The position numbers and the translations under genes were made by a program. Shown piece by piece: positions 52,901-60,935 of a stretch of 64,000 nt of DNA (within the stretch, counting starts at the first letter, position 1; the number at the start of each line of letters is the position of its first letter). The notes beneath the pieces are model-generated. The model made no database searches and had not been told where the DNA came from. It was given only the letters and a program-made list of their open reading frames with translations. Source of the stretch: Bacillota bacterium (GTDB lineage Bacteria > Bacillota > Clostridia > Peptostreptococcales > Anaerovoracaceae); contig JAFWZZ010000014.1 in the NCBI GenBank assembly GCA_017522185.1, positions 21,604 to 85,603 of the forward strand, given 5' to 3'.

Positions 52901-54237
52901 TACTGGAAGAAGCCTATGGACACACGGAGCGTGTTGTAAAGGGAAAGGAACCAACCTGTACGGAAACTGGCTTGTCGGATGGCAAGGAATGTGCGGAATG
53001 TTCGACAACCTTGCAGCGAAGAGAAGTCATTGCCGCCAAAGGCCATACACCTGGTCCAGCGGCAACCTGCCAGACACCACAAAGATGTACAGAGTGTCAG
53101 ACGATTATAAAAGACATCCTTGACCATAAACCTGGATCCGCGGCAACCTGCCTAACCTCTCAGAACTGTACAGAATGCGACGAAGTAATCGTCGCCGCAA
53201 AGGGACACACCCCTGGTGCAGAAGCAACCTGTACCACAGACCAAGTTTGCCAAGACTGCAATGTGGTGCTTGCGGCGAAGTTAGAACACATATGGATCAA
53301 GGGAAGCTGCACGGTCGACACTACTTGCAGACGCTGCGATGACAGGATCGCAGCACCGGGACATGCACTCGTAGAACTGGAAGCGGTAGAATCAACCTGC
53401 ACCAAGACCGGCCTGACTGCTGGAAAAAAATGCAGCACCTGTGGTGAAATTACCGTAGTGCAGAACGTTACCAAAAAGAAGGCGCATAAAGAATCGGCGA
53501 TTCCTGGCAAGGTTCCAACCTGCACGGAATCTGGTATGACAGACGGTGCGGCATGCACAACCTGTAATGGAATCTTGTGGAGTCAGCAAGTCATTCCGGC
53601 ACTGGGACACTTTGGAGAGACTTCTGTTACGGCGGCTACCTATAAAAAGGACGGCGAAGTGCGGGATACCTGCGGCAGATGCGGCACGATCTTATCCAGT
53701 CGGACCATTTCTGCCATTGACAAAGTGAAGCTATCCTGCAGTACCTATACTTATAACGGAAAGGCGAAGAACCCAACCATCATGGTGAAAGACAAAGACG
53801 GAAGAATCATTTCCAACGCGTTCTACGCTGTGAATGTTCCGAAAGGCAGAAAGAATGTAGGTACCTATACTTACACCATTACCTTCAAAGAACAGTATGC
53901 TGGAAGCAGCAAGCTGAAGATCGTTGTGAAACCTGCTAAGCCGACCTGGCTGAAGGTTTCCGCAAAGAAGAATACGGTAACGGTAAAGTGGAAGAAAGTT
54001 TCGAAGCAGGCAACTGGTTACGAAGTGATGTACTCTACGTCCAAATCTTTCAAGAAAGGTACGGCAACCAAAACCAAGAAGATTACGAAGAGCAAGACAA
54101 CGACCCTGAAACTTACAAAACTGAAGGCAAAGAAGACCTACTATGTAAAAATCAGGACATACAAGGTAGTTGGAAAGACCAAGTATTATTCTTCCTGGTC
54201 TGCAGTAAAACGGATAAAGACAAAAGAGCCTTTGTAA
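46963..54237 (+). CDS. Secreted giant protein P4 (2424 aa): 2 WVGLYK modules, metallophosphoesterase domain, Big_2-like Ig, 9 Listeria-Bacteroides repeats, WVGLYK module, about 22 Cys3-His modules, Ig/MBG-like module, Lys-rich FN3
   Basis: The TTG start at 46963 is supported by N-terminal alignment with P5 (MFKVQESKMLRVCA vs MEKVRESKMLRLCA) and a GAGAGGGG RBS. The MPE motifs are GSDLH, GDITD, GNHD, FLHQ and GGHTH. Confidence 0.85.
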   Translation: MFKVQESKMLRVCAALIAAAMVFTSIMVSVADIYATTNTAKLITNKDVYGADEPILVTASGDSTDLVGLYKRGETASDVPIYSYQVGGETGGIQHQSGVQYDIRAYGVASSARLEDAKLPAGAYTVILSKAKTEVLRKDITITGTSAFDGNKILITNKLNYNVGEDIIVTASGTGKDWVGLYKKGTKPGLEANGGTSSVCYYYVNSNTQVSGKPFILQQGIGLTASNGQLSEGEYYLVLMENDGYNQLARVDNIVIEARPESVTYKLENETDGFANGTVTITKGEGVDLNACMLYWGDAEGNLLKGYATLGKTKLTGTVTQQKMQANTIIPPEAKTLLAYGFKNNNQSKSAAVAELPAGAAYQLEDTSREKTRFVVGSDLHLVNKGMLNEVNADTNYHFELALRDIVKNFPGATGFFANGDITDGGLSSQFNEAWNILNSVSGAPKLHMSIGNHDWYTGNPSGQFQNYVSLFNPAVQTNTVYYDEWVGGYHFIFLGSEVQGHYATLSNTQLNWLNQLLEADTETDPTKPVFIFLHQGLLGAMAGTFPGQWGYDSTLGVAQDKELRGILQKYGQTVLFGGHTHYVLDADNSVTPGSGDLPVCVNTSSVGYLWDDTDVAVGVYKEGSEGYFVQVFEDKVYMFGRNFITGEYLPSAMYVIEPAQLSVEQTKITMRIGDDSVPINAKTQAGMQLTYKSSNSHVATVDNRGYISAVALGTAKIYVSTNSSNTNTVNRRIITVTVTDADESYSITYKDTDGNVLTGFSPSSYTYKEAKLGAIPLPDTTDKDGYQFGGWYTNQNLSGSPVTAIPKGSSGNKEFYGKWTPISYTITYHDGTEVLTQLSPTSYTIESENIILPTLTKEGYVFEGWFDNAEFTGGEITGIPMGSTGDKTFYAKFRNHGYTVYFDTRGGSEVAEQSVDYNGTATRPTPDPTKLGYIFEGWVTESGEDYDFNWKITEDTVLYAKWSENKCTVTFDSMGGSTVTSQEVTYGQSVNAPDNPAREGYHFSGWATSEDGTNAYNFRDPVIKAFTLYAKWSPITYKITFMSNDGTAVADMEYNIESETIVLPTINKTGYNFDGWYSDADLSGSAVTSVSKGTMGNKIFYAKWTPLSYTVTFDTDGGSEIEAQHVVYGDTAVVPETPTKTGYTFKRWITESGKSFSFGTAITEDITIYAKWSRNSYTVRFDTDGGSEVESQTVLYKTKATRPETDPTKLAYSFEGWVTSKDGTEAFNFNQKITEDTTIYAKWKLKDKYTVSFQTDGGTKIKDQAIQEGQLATKPAAPKRTGYNFENWYKDEKLSEEFNFSEPIMGNTRIYAKWNPISYTITYDANGGKPVAADTYTIETETFVLPAATKDGYRFLGWRAGDGRSYTTIEQGSTGDLTLVAEWMELEDIAIDKTRYDFADTIHVTTNYEKEGAWVGLYKVGETPGKDNFILKYSVPESGTTVDLYTSEIVEKNQQKNEFYKDTGRLKSGGYEIYIFKDGGTEILNKIYFSIVTEMDGDPVVIKPTCTEPGITMTYYTDGTVVKSDAKTPLGHDMVSATCEEKGYCQREGCDYETESALGHKTNLVTETEVSCTKDGNLRHYACKQCGGYFEDEGGTKPLDNVVVSAPGHNMTHHDQVNPTCEEDGTKAYYYCAACKQYFKDEDGKSVLDDIVIEKTGHTDGSAATCTQPQCCTVCGDELQPALGHTEGPAATCTTDQNCTVCGELLVKAFKHKADAGPTCTTPQRCITCGIDLAAPLGHKPKEHILCTDDYQCRVCNEVLGKGEDHKPGAAATCTSPQQCLKCSYVIESVRPHDFLPATCQVPKTCRDCGKTEGGLDGHHPDKTAPTCTEGQHCTICKKSLSKAAGHVKGASATCTTAQICLVCKIELVSPLGHVPGRDATCSEPQKCLECQAVLTEPDPKLHKPGKAATCTTAQICQVCKTELQPALGHKPGTPATCKEPQKCLTCQTVLVEPSSKLHKPGASATCTENQICTVCNAVLEEAYGHTERVVKGKEPTCTETGLSDGKECAECSTTLQRREVIAAKGHTPGPAATCQTPQRCTECQTIIKDILDHKPGSAATCLTSQNCTECDEVIVAAKGHTPGAEATCTTDQVCQDCNVVLAAKLEHIWIKGSCTVDTTCRRCDDRIAAPGHALVELEAVESTCTKTGLTAGKKCSTCGEITVVQNVTKKKAHKESAIPGKVPTCTESGMTDGAACTTCNGILWSQQVIPALGHFGETSVTAATYKKDGEVRDTCGRCGTILSSRTISAIDKVKLSCSTYTYNGKAKNPTIMVKDKDGRIISNAFYAVNVPKGRKNVGTYTYTITFKEQYAGSSKLKIVVKPAKPTWLKVSAKKNTVTVKWKKVSKQATGYEVMYSTSKSFKKGTATKTKKITKSKTTTLKLTKLKAKKTYYVKIRTYKVVGKTKYYSSWSAVKRIKTKEPL
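49195..51120 (+). repeat. Nine Listeria-Bacteroides repeats in P4
   Basis: Same pattern as the P2 array, and paralogous to 35376-37520. Confidence 0.85.
51472..53725 (+). repeat. About 22 tandem Cys3-His mini-modules in P4
   Basis: Enumerated by eye. The array is module-for-module colinear with much of the P2 array. Confidence 0.9.
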
Positions 54238-54251
54238 AAAGGCTCTTTTTT
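54223..54251 (+). terminator. Rho-independent terminator overlapping the P4 stop codon
   Basis: AAAGAGCC-loop-GGCTCTTT stem followed by TTTTT. Confidence 0.7.
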
Positions 54252-54286
54252 GTATGGAGAATATGGAATTTATTCTATGGCATAAC

Positions 54287-54314
54287 TTGAATTTCAGATG
54301 AGAGATGATATAAT
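54287..54314 (+). promoter_or_regulatory. Candidate promoter TTGAAT-16-(TGa)TATAAT for the P5-P6-P7 operon
   Basis: Hexamers, TG extension and spacing were read directly. Confidence 0.5.
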
Positions 54315-54367
54315 AAGATTGGTGCTTTGTCGAAAGTACCAAAATAGAAAGTAAACAGGAGGGAATT

Positions 54368-57300
54368 ATGGAAAAAGTGCGAGAAAGCAAAATGTTGCGG
54401 CTTTGTGCTATCCTGATTGCAGTGGCAGTAGCGATTACGTCAATTGCAGTCAGCGTAGACGATATTTATGCTGCAACAGCACCAGCCAAGGTGAAAAACC
54501 TGAAGATGGTAAGCAAGACCAAGACTTCTTTCGACATTAAATGGTCAAAAGTGAAGAAAGCGAAGTCTTATCAGATTGCCTACAAAAAAGTGGGTGCAAA
54601 GAAATATACATACAAAAAGACAAGTAACGTACAGTATTCTATAAAGAAACTGCAGTCCGGCACCAAATACAAGGTGAAGGTACGTGCACTAAATGGCAAG
54701 AAATATGGTGCGTGGAGTGCAGAAAAAACCTTGAAGACCAAAACTGCTAAGCAGCCTGCAAAAGTGCAGAATCTGCGGTTGGATGATAAAACAGCATCTT
54801 CCATCAAGGTTAGATGGGACAAGGTGAAGTATGCGGAAAAATATCAGGTTGGATATAAGAAAGTTGGTGCGAAGAATTACACCATCGTTTCTACCAAGAA
54901 CCTTTATCGCACAATCTCTAAGCTGAAGACAGATACGGCGTATTATGTCAAAGTCCGTGCAGTCAACGGCAGCAAGTATAGTGGATGGACCACGGCGAAA
55001 AAAATCACAACACAGATTGATTATACCAAGGCAGAAACGGAAACGGATATCGTTATTAGTGCCACTTCGGATAAAATCAAGATTGATATCAAATCCCTTG
55101 GTCTTAATGGAACTGGAACGCTGTACAGAGTCAGTCCAAACAGCTATCTGAAGGCTGACAAAAATAGCGGTCTTGTCGAAGAAGATGTGAATGGTTCCAA
55201 GATTGGCACGTTCAAAATGAATAAGAAGGCTACCTTTAGCATTTCTAGAACAACCAATTCCGGATACGATAAGATTTACGATAAGTTCTATGTTGTATCC
55301 AATGGCAACATCATCAAGGGCCCAATCTATGTAACAGAGATTGAAGCCTTAAGAGGAAGTGTAACCCTGGACGTTCCATCCAAGAAAGGTCTGGCAGACG
55401 AATTGGACGAAAAGTCTTTTGAAGTCGCTGAAGATGTTGGCTCCAACTGGGCTGTGCTGAATATCGACTTTACGCAGCTGCTGCTGGCCAACGAGGATAA
55501 AAACGGAAATCCGATTGATAACTCCGATGGCAATGTGGACACTATTGATGTTAATGGCAAAACTTACTATATCAATAAAAATTATGTTAGTACTCTGGAC
55601 TATAGAATATCCAGATACAGCAAGATGGATATGAACATTGTTGGTATTGTGGTATCTTTCGTTGAGAGCCCGGGAACTAGCACTTATCCAAGTGCCCTGA
55701 AGTATATTGATGATGCAAGATGGACCAACGGTTTTAATACCTCTACTGAGGTGGGCCGTGACTACTTTATCGCAGGCATGGAATACATTGCAAACAGATA
55801 TTCCAAGGGAAACAGGGGATGCATCTGTAATTACATTATTGGTAACGAAATCGACTACAGTTACGACTGGTATGAAATCATGCCAAACGACAGTGAGAGC
55901 GGTAAGAAACTTCCACCTAGAGGGTCCAAATACTTAAGAGACGGAGAAATCGAAACAAGAGCACCTTTTGATACATTTATGGAAGAATATTCAAGAACCC
56001 TGCGTATTGCAAATACGGCAGTAAAGCAGTATTCCGATGATATCACTGTAGGTGTCAGCTTATCCAAAGAATGGATAAAGAGCAAAGGTGAACAGCAAGG
56101 TGCACAGCCTACTACCAATAAGAGATATGACTCCTACAGACCGAGAGAAGTTCTTGACTGGTTAAACTACTACACCAAGAAGAGCGGTGACTTTGACTGG
56201 TCTGTGACCCAGCATAACTATCCGGTAGCAAATGGTAACACTTCTGCAGTGGAAACAGGCTTAACCGGAAAGAAGGCGGTTATTACCGGTGATCCGGATA
56301 CGACTACAATGATTACCCAGAACAATTTGGAAGTCCTGCAGTTATATCTGGACAGATCTTACAGTCTGCATGACGGCAAGGCAAGAGACATATACCTGAC
56401 TGAAAACGGATCCAGTACCGGCTCAGAAGTTGGTACGCCTAGCATTGAGATGCAGAAAGAGCAGGCAGCTGCAATAGCACAACACTATTACAGAGCTGCA
56501 TCCCTTCCATCTGTAAAGGCGATTATTTATTTTAAGATTAATGATAGAGAGGTAGAAGGGTCCACTTCCTTCAAGCTGGGTCTTTTTGACACGACTGGCA
56601 AAAAGAAACTGTCCTATGATTTATGGAAGTACATCGATACGTCTCGGTCTTTCGACATTTCCGAGAAGTATTTAGGCAGCCTTACTTTCCTAAAAGATGG
56701 AAAAGAATATAGCGCTGCAAAGGGAAATATCAACTCCTACCTTGACATTTTGAATATGGTAAACAGTGACTATGATTGGGAAAAGGTGTGGGATGAAGAC
56801 GCATTGACACCGGTGAAACTTGTTGAAACAGTCGATACGACAGGCTTGATTACAGACAAGGATGTTTACGGTGCAGATGACCCAATTCTGGTAACTGCGT
56901 CCGGTTCTTCTACGGATGTAGTCGGCTTGTATAAGCGTGGAGAAACCGTTGCTAATTCACCAATTTACAGTTACGAAGTTGGCGGGGAAAAGAACGGAAT
57001 CCAATTTAAATCCGGAACACAGTATGACATTAGAGCATATGGCGATGTAAATCTGGACAGACTTGAAGACGCGAAACTTCCTGCTGGTGAATATACCATT
57101 ATCTTGAGCTCTATAAAAGACGAAGAACTGCTGAGAAAGGATATCACCATCACAGGCACTTCTGCTTTTGACGGAAAGAAGACCGTTAGCACAGATAAGA
57201 AGAACTATGTCGTTGGCGAAAACATTATTATTACAGCCAGCGGCAGCGACAAGGACTGGGTAGGTGTTTACAAGAAGGGTGACCATCCTGGTCTTCCAGA

Positions 57301-58963
57301 AAATGGCGGATCATCCTCCATCGATTGGTACTATGTAGCAAGTGAAACCCAGATTTCAGGTAAACCATATATTATGAAGACTGGTGAAAAGGCCGGCAGC
57401 GCTTCATCTGGAGTTCTGCCTGCAGGTGAGTACTATATCGTCCTAATGGAAAACGACACCTATACGGAGCTGGCAAGAGTCGATGACATTGTTGTTTCTC
57501 CAAAAGAAGCAGAAAATCTAGTTTCTATCTCTTATGAACTGGAAAACGAAACCGATGGTTTTGCAAACGGTGTCGTGACCATCACCAAGAGAGAAGGCGC
57601 AGATACGAAGGCATGCCTGCTTTATTGGGCGGACGAAAACGGAACCCCATTAGAGGGCTATACTGCTTTAGGAAAGACGAAGCTGACTGGCACAGTAACC
57701 AAGGAAAAGATGCAGGCAAATACCATCATTCCGCCAGGAGCTAAGACACTGGTTGCTTATGCATTAAGCAATGACGTGAAATCTTCAGAGGCAGTCGTAA
57801 CCAAGCTGCCAGAAGGTGCAGCATATCAGTTTGAAGACGAAAGCAAGGAAACAGCACGTTTCGTTATCGGTAGTGACTTGCATCTGGTTGAAAGAGGAAA
57901 ACTCAACGAAATCGATGTTGATTCAAACGGACATTTCAAAACGGCATTAGAAGATGCAGCCAAGAACTTACCTGGCGCGTCCGGTTTCTTTGTAAACGGC
58001 GATATTACCGATGCTGGTAAGGCAAGTCAGTACAAAGAAGCCATGAACATTTTGATGGGCGTGGAAGGCGCACCGGATTTACATCTGGCGATCGGTAACC
58101 ACGACTGGTACGAAGGTAACCCAGATGGTCAGTTCCAGAAATATGCCAACTGGTTTAACCCTGCAATCGAAACGGAAACCGTTTACTACGACGAATGGGT
58201 AGACGGATACCACTTCATCTACCTGGGCGGCGAAGAGTTCCAGCACTATGCTGTAATGAGCGATGAGCAGTTGAACTGGCTGGATGAGTTACTGGCGGCG
58301 GATGAAGAAGCCGGTCACAACAAACCGACCTTTGTCTTCCTGCACCAGGGTCTGCAGGACTCCATGGCAGGTAACTTCCTTGGCCAGTGGGGTTATGACT
58401 CCAAATACGGTGTAGGAAAGGATCAGCAGCTGAGAAACATTCTGTCTAAGTACGGACAGGTTATCTTATTTGGCGGTCACACCCATTATGCATTAGATTC
58501 AGACAACTCTATCACACCAGGAAGCGAAGATTTACCTGTATGTGTGAATACATCATCTGTTTCTTACCTGTGGGATGCTTTCAATATCGATACAGGTGAA
58601 TACAGAGAAGGTTCTGAAAGCTACCATGTAAGAGCGTTCGAAGACAAATTATACATGTTCGGCAGAAACCATCTTACAGGCGAATACGTGTCATCCGCAC
58701 TCTATGTACTCGAGTATGCCGATTTATCTGTGGAACACACAGAAATCAGTATGCATGTTGGAGACGACAGCATCCAGATTGATGCAAAAGCAGAAGAAGG
58801 TATGCAGCTGTCATACAGATCTTCTAACAACAAGGTTGTAGCGGTTGACTACAGAGGACATATTAGACCGGTTGCACCAGGAACTGCGAAAATCTATGTT
58901 TCCACAGAAAGTTCCAACACAAAAACAATAAACCGTAGGACCATTACGGTAACGGTAGAATAA
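54368..58963 (+). CDS. Secreted giant protein P5 (1531 aa): 2 N-terminal Lys-rich FN3 domains, unknown beta region, clan-GH-A-like TIM-barrel domain, 2 WVGLYK modules, metallophosphoesterase domain, Big_2-like Ig
   Basis: Signal peptide present. The FN3 pattern is (S)xxIKWxKV...YQ(I/V)xYKK...YxVKVRA. The GH-like motifs are IIGNEIDY and YLTENGSS. The MPE motifs are GSDLH, GDITD, GNHD, FLHQ and GGHTH. The C-terminal 700 aa are paralogous to the P4 N-terminus. Confidence 0.85.
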   Translation: MEKVRESKMLRLCAILIAVAVAITSIAVSVDDIYAATAPAKVKNLKMVSKTKTSFDIKWSKVKKAKSYQIAYKKVGAKKYTYKKTSNVQYSIKKLQSGTKYKVKVRALNGKKYGAWSAEKTLKTKTAKQPAKVQNLRLDDKTASSIKVRWDKVKYAEKYQVGYKKVGAKNYTIVSTKNLYRTISKLKTDTAYYVKVRAVNGSKYSGWTTAKKITTQIDYTKAETETDIVISATSDKIKIDIKSLGLNGTGTLYRVSPNSYLKADKNSGLVEEDVNGSKIGTFKMNKKATFSISRTTNSGYDKIYDKFYVVSNGNIIKGPIYVTEIEALRGSVTLDVPSKKGLADELDEKSFEVAEDVGSNWAVLNIDFTQLLLANEDKNGNPIDNSDGNVDTIDVNGKTYYINKNYVSTLDYRISRYSKMDMNIVGIVVSFVESPGTSTYPSALKYIDDARWTNGFNTSTEVGRDYFIAGMEYIANRYSKGNRGCICNYIIGNEIDYSYDWYEIMPNDSESGKKLPPRGSKYLRDGEIETRAPFDTFMEEYSRTLRIANTAVKQYSDDITVGVSLSKEWIKSKGEQQGAQPTTNKRYDSYRPREVLDWLNYYTKKSGDFDWSVTQHNYPVANGNTSAVETGLTGKKAVITGDPDTTTMITQNNLEVLQLYLDRSYSLHDGKARDIYLTENGSSTGSEVGTPSIEMQKEQAAAIAQHYYRAASLPSVKAIIYFKINDREVEGSTSFKLGLFDTTGKKKLSYDLWKYIDTSRSFDISEKYLGSLTFLKDGKEYSAAKGNINSYLDILNMVNSDYDWEKVWDEDALTPVKLVETVDTTGLITDKDVYGADDPILVTASGSSTDVVGLYKRGETVANSPIYSYEVGGEKNGIQFKSGTQYDIRAYGDVNLDRLEDAKLPAGEYTIILSSIKDEELLRKDITITGTSAFDGKKTVSTDKKNYVVGENIIITASGSDKDWVGVYKKGDHPGLPENGGSSSIDWYYVASETQISGKPYIMKTGEKAGSASSGVLPAGEYYIVLMENDTYTELARVDDIVVSPKEAENLVSISYELENETDGFANGVVTITKREGADTKACLLYWADENGTPLEGYTALGKTKLTGTVTKEKMQANTIIPPGAKTLVAYALSNDVKSSEAVVTKLPEGAAYQFEDESKETARFVIGSDLHLVERGKLNEIDVDSNGHFKTALEDAAKNLPGASGFFVNGDITDAGKASQYKEAMNILMGVEGAPDLHLAIGNHDWYEGNPDGQFQKYANWFNPAIETETVYYDEWVDGYHFIYLGGEEFQHYAVMSDEQLNWLDELLAADEEAGHNKPTFVFLHQGLQDSMAGNFLGQWGYDSKYGVGKDQQLRNILSKYGQVILFGGHTHYALDSDNSITPGSEDLPVCVNTSSVSYLWDAFNIDTGEYREGSESYHVRAFEDKLYMFGRNHLTGEYVSSALYVLEYADLSVEHTEISMHVGDDSIQIDAKAEEGMQLSYRSSNNKVVAVDYRGHIRPVAPGTAKIYVSTESSNTKTINRRTITVTVE

Positions 58964-58977
58964 AGGAGGAGAAAGCG

Positions 58978-60921
58978 ATGAAAAACATTCATACACAGAT
59001 GAGAAGATTCCTTTCTCTGATGCTGGCATTGGTTATGGTTACAGCATGCATGTCGCCATTTACCATGGAAACATACGCTGAAGCCAGCGATGCCTTGAGT
59101 CTGACACTGTCAGATCCAAGTAAGACAACTTATATGCAAAAAGAACCGATTCATATCAAAGCCACAGGCACTGCATCTGGTGCCTGGGTCGGCTTATATG
59201 AAAAGGATGATCTCGACAAGTTAGGAACTGTTCCGGTATATCGTTGGTATTACATCGCAGACTATAACGGCAAGGAAGTCGATATTACTGCACAAGAATT
59301 CCTGGATGGACCGAATAGAGGCAATATTGACGTAGGCGAGTATGTTATCGTACTTTTTGGAGATGGCGGTTACGAAAAGATTGTAAAGAAAATCGAAATC
59401 AGCGTGGTCAAAAATCCAAATTATGTGCCAGGTCAGGATATGTCCATGAAGCTGGTCAATGAAACAAAGACTACCTACAAGCTGGGTGAACCGATTCTGG
59501 TCAAAGCCTCTGGCACTGATGCAGGCGCCTGGGTTGGTTTATACGGAAAAGATGAAATAGAGGACGTTGGAGCTGTTTCATCCTACCGTTGGTACTATGT
59601 TTGGGAATACAATGACAAAGAGGTCGATTTAACAAGAGTGAATCTAGACCAAAGCCTTAGACAGCGTTTAGAAGAGGGCGAGTATGCCATCATGCTTTTT
59701 GCTGATGAAGGATACGGACAAGTTGTGAAAACGATTCCGATTACGATTTCCGGAACCATCGATATCAGCCCAAGTCAATTTGAGCTTGAAGTAGAAAAGA
59801 CAGAGTACAAATATGGTGAAAACGTTATGGTAAGAGCAACCGGCACAGGCATTTTTGACGGTGCATGGGTTGGGCTTTATCCTGCAAACACTGAAAACTA
59901 TGAAGGTACATATTTGCGTTACTACTACGTGAAGAACAAAGAAAACCAGTTTGTAGCGATACAGGGACAGGCTGCAGGGAAGATAGAGACCACAAAACTA
60001 GACGAAGGAAAGTACAAACTCGTCCTGTTTGCCGATGATAGTTACAAATACCCGGTAAAATCCGTGGAATTTACGGTAACAAGAGACAGAGCATCTACCA
60101 AGGTGCTTCGTGAACCGGGCTGTGTTACATTCGGTAAGGAATCCGTTGTATATCAGGATGGTTACACCGAAATCAGAGAAATCCAACCATTGGGCGGACA
60201 CATTTGGGGTGAAAACATCCACGTGGAAGGCACAACGAAGCATCAGCAGGCTTGTCAGCGTCCAGGATGCGAAAGAACAAAAACAACGGCATGCGTTATG
60301 GACGCAGGCGTTGTAACCAAGGCTGCCAAGGTATCCAAAACAGGGGAAAGAACCTTTACCTGTGAGAGCTGCGGCCATGTTGTGACTGCATCCATTGCAG
60401 CCATCGAGAAGGCACCGAAACTTTCTGCTACCAGTCTCACCTACAATGGAAAAGACAGAAAGCCGGCAGTAAAGGCACTTTACGATACAAACGGAGAGCT
60501 GATTGCAAAGAAATTTTATACCGTTCAGTACGAATCCTCCTGCAAAAAGGTGGGTGCGTATAAGGCAACGGTGACTTTCAAGGGTGATTATGCGGGTACG
60601 TATACTTTATCCTATAAGATTAACCCAAAAGCAGTTACACTCAAGAGTTTGACTGCCGGAAAGAAGTCCATTAAAGTGAAATGGAACAAAGCTACAGCTG
60701 AAACAAGCGGATACCGAATCGCATATTCGACGAACAAGAATTTTAAGAACGTCAAGTATGTAAAGGTTACGAAAAAGAGCCAGGCTGTAAAGACGATTAA
60801 GAATCTGAAGGCTGGCAAGAAGTATTATGTGAAGATTCGTGCATATAAGACTTCTGGAGGAAAGACTTACTATTCCGCATGGAGTAAGGTAAAATCTGTT
60901 ACTACCAAAAAGAAGGGATGA
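58978..60921 (+). CDS. Secreted protein P6 (647 aa): 3 WVGLYK modules, degenerate Cys modules, Ig/MBG-like module, Lys-rich FN3
   Basis: An AAAGGAGGAG RBS sits in the 14-nt gap after P5. A signal peptide is present. The signature AWVGLY occurs three times. Confidence 0.85.
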   Translation: MKNIHTQMRRFLSLMLALVMVTACMSPFTMETYAEASDALSLTLSDPSKTTYMQKEPIHIKATGTASGAWVGLYEKDDLDKLGTVPVYRWYYIADYNGKEVDITAQEFLDGPNRGNIDVGEYVIVLFGDGGYEKIVKKIEISVVKNPNYVPGQDMSMKLVNETKTTYKLGEPILVKASGTDAGAWVGLYGKDEIEDVGAVSSYRWYYVWEYNDKEVDLTRVNLDQSLRQRLEEGEYAIMLFADEGYGQVVKTIPITISGTIDISPSQFELEVEKTEYKYGENVMVRATGTGIFDGAWVGLYPANTENYEGTYLRYYYVKNKENQFVAIQGQAAGKIETTKLDEGKYKLVLFADDSYKYPVKSVEFTVTRDRASTKVLREPGCVTFGKESVVYQDGYTEIREIQPLGGHIWGENIHVEGTTKHQQACQRPGCERTKTTACVMDAGVVTKAAKVSKTGERTFTCESCGHVVTASIAAIEKAPKLSATSLTYNGKDRKPAVKALYDTNGELIAKKFYTVQYESSCKKVGAYKATVTFKGDYAGTYTLSYKINPKAVTLKSLTAGKKSIKVKWNKATAETSGYRIAYSTNKNFKNVKYVKVTKKSQAVKTIKNLKAGKKYYVKIRAYKTSGGKTYYSAWSKVKSVTTKKKG

Positions 60922-60935
60922 GAAGGAGTAGATAA

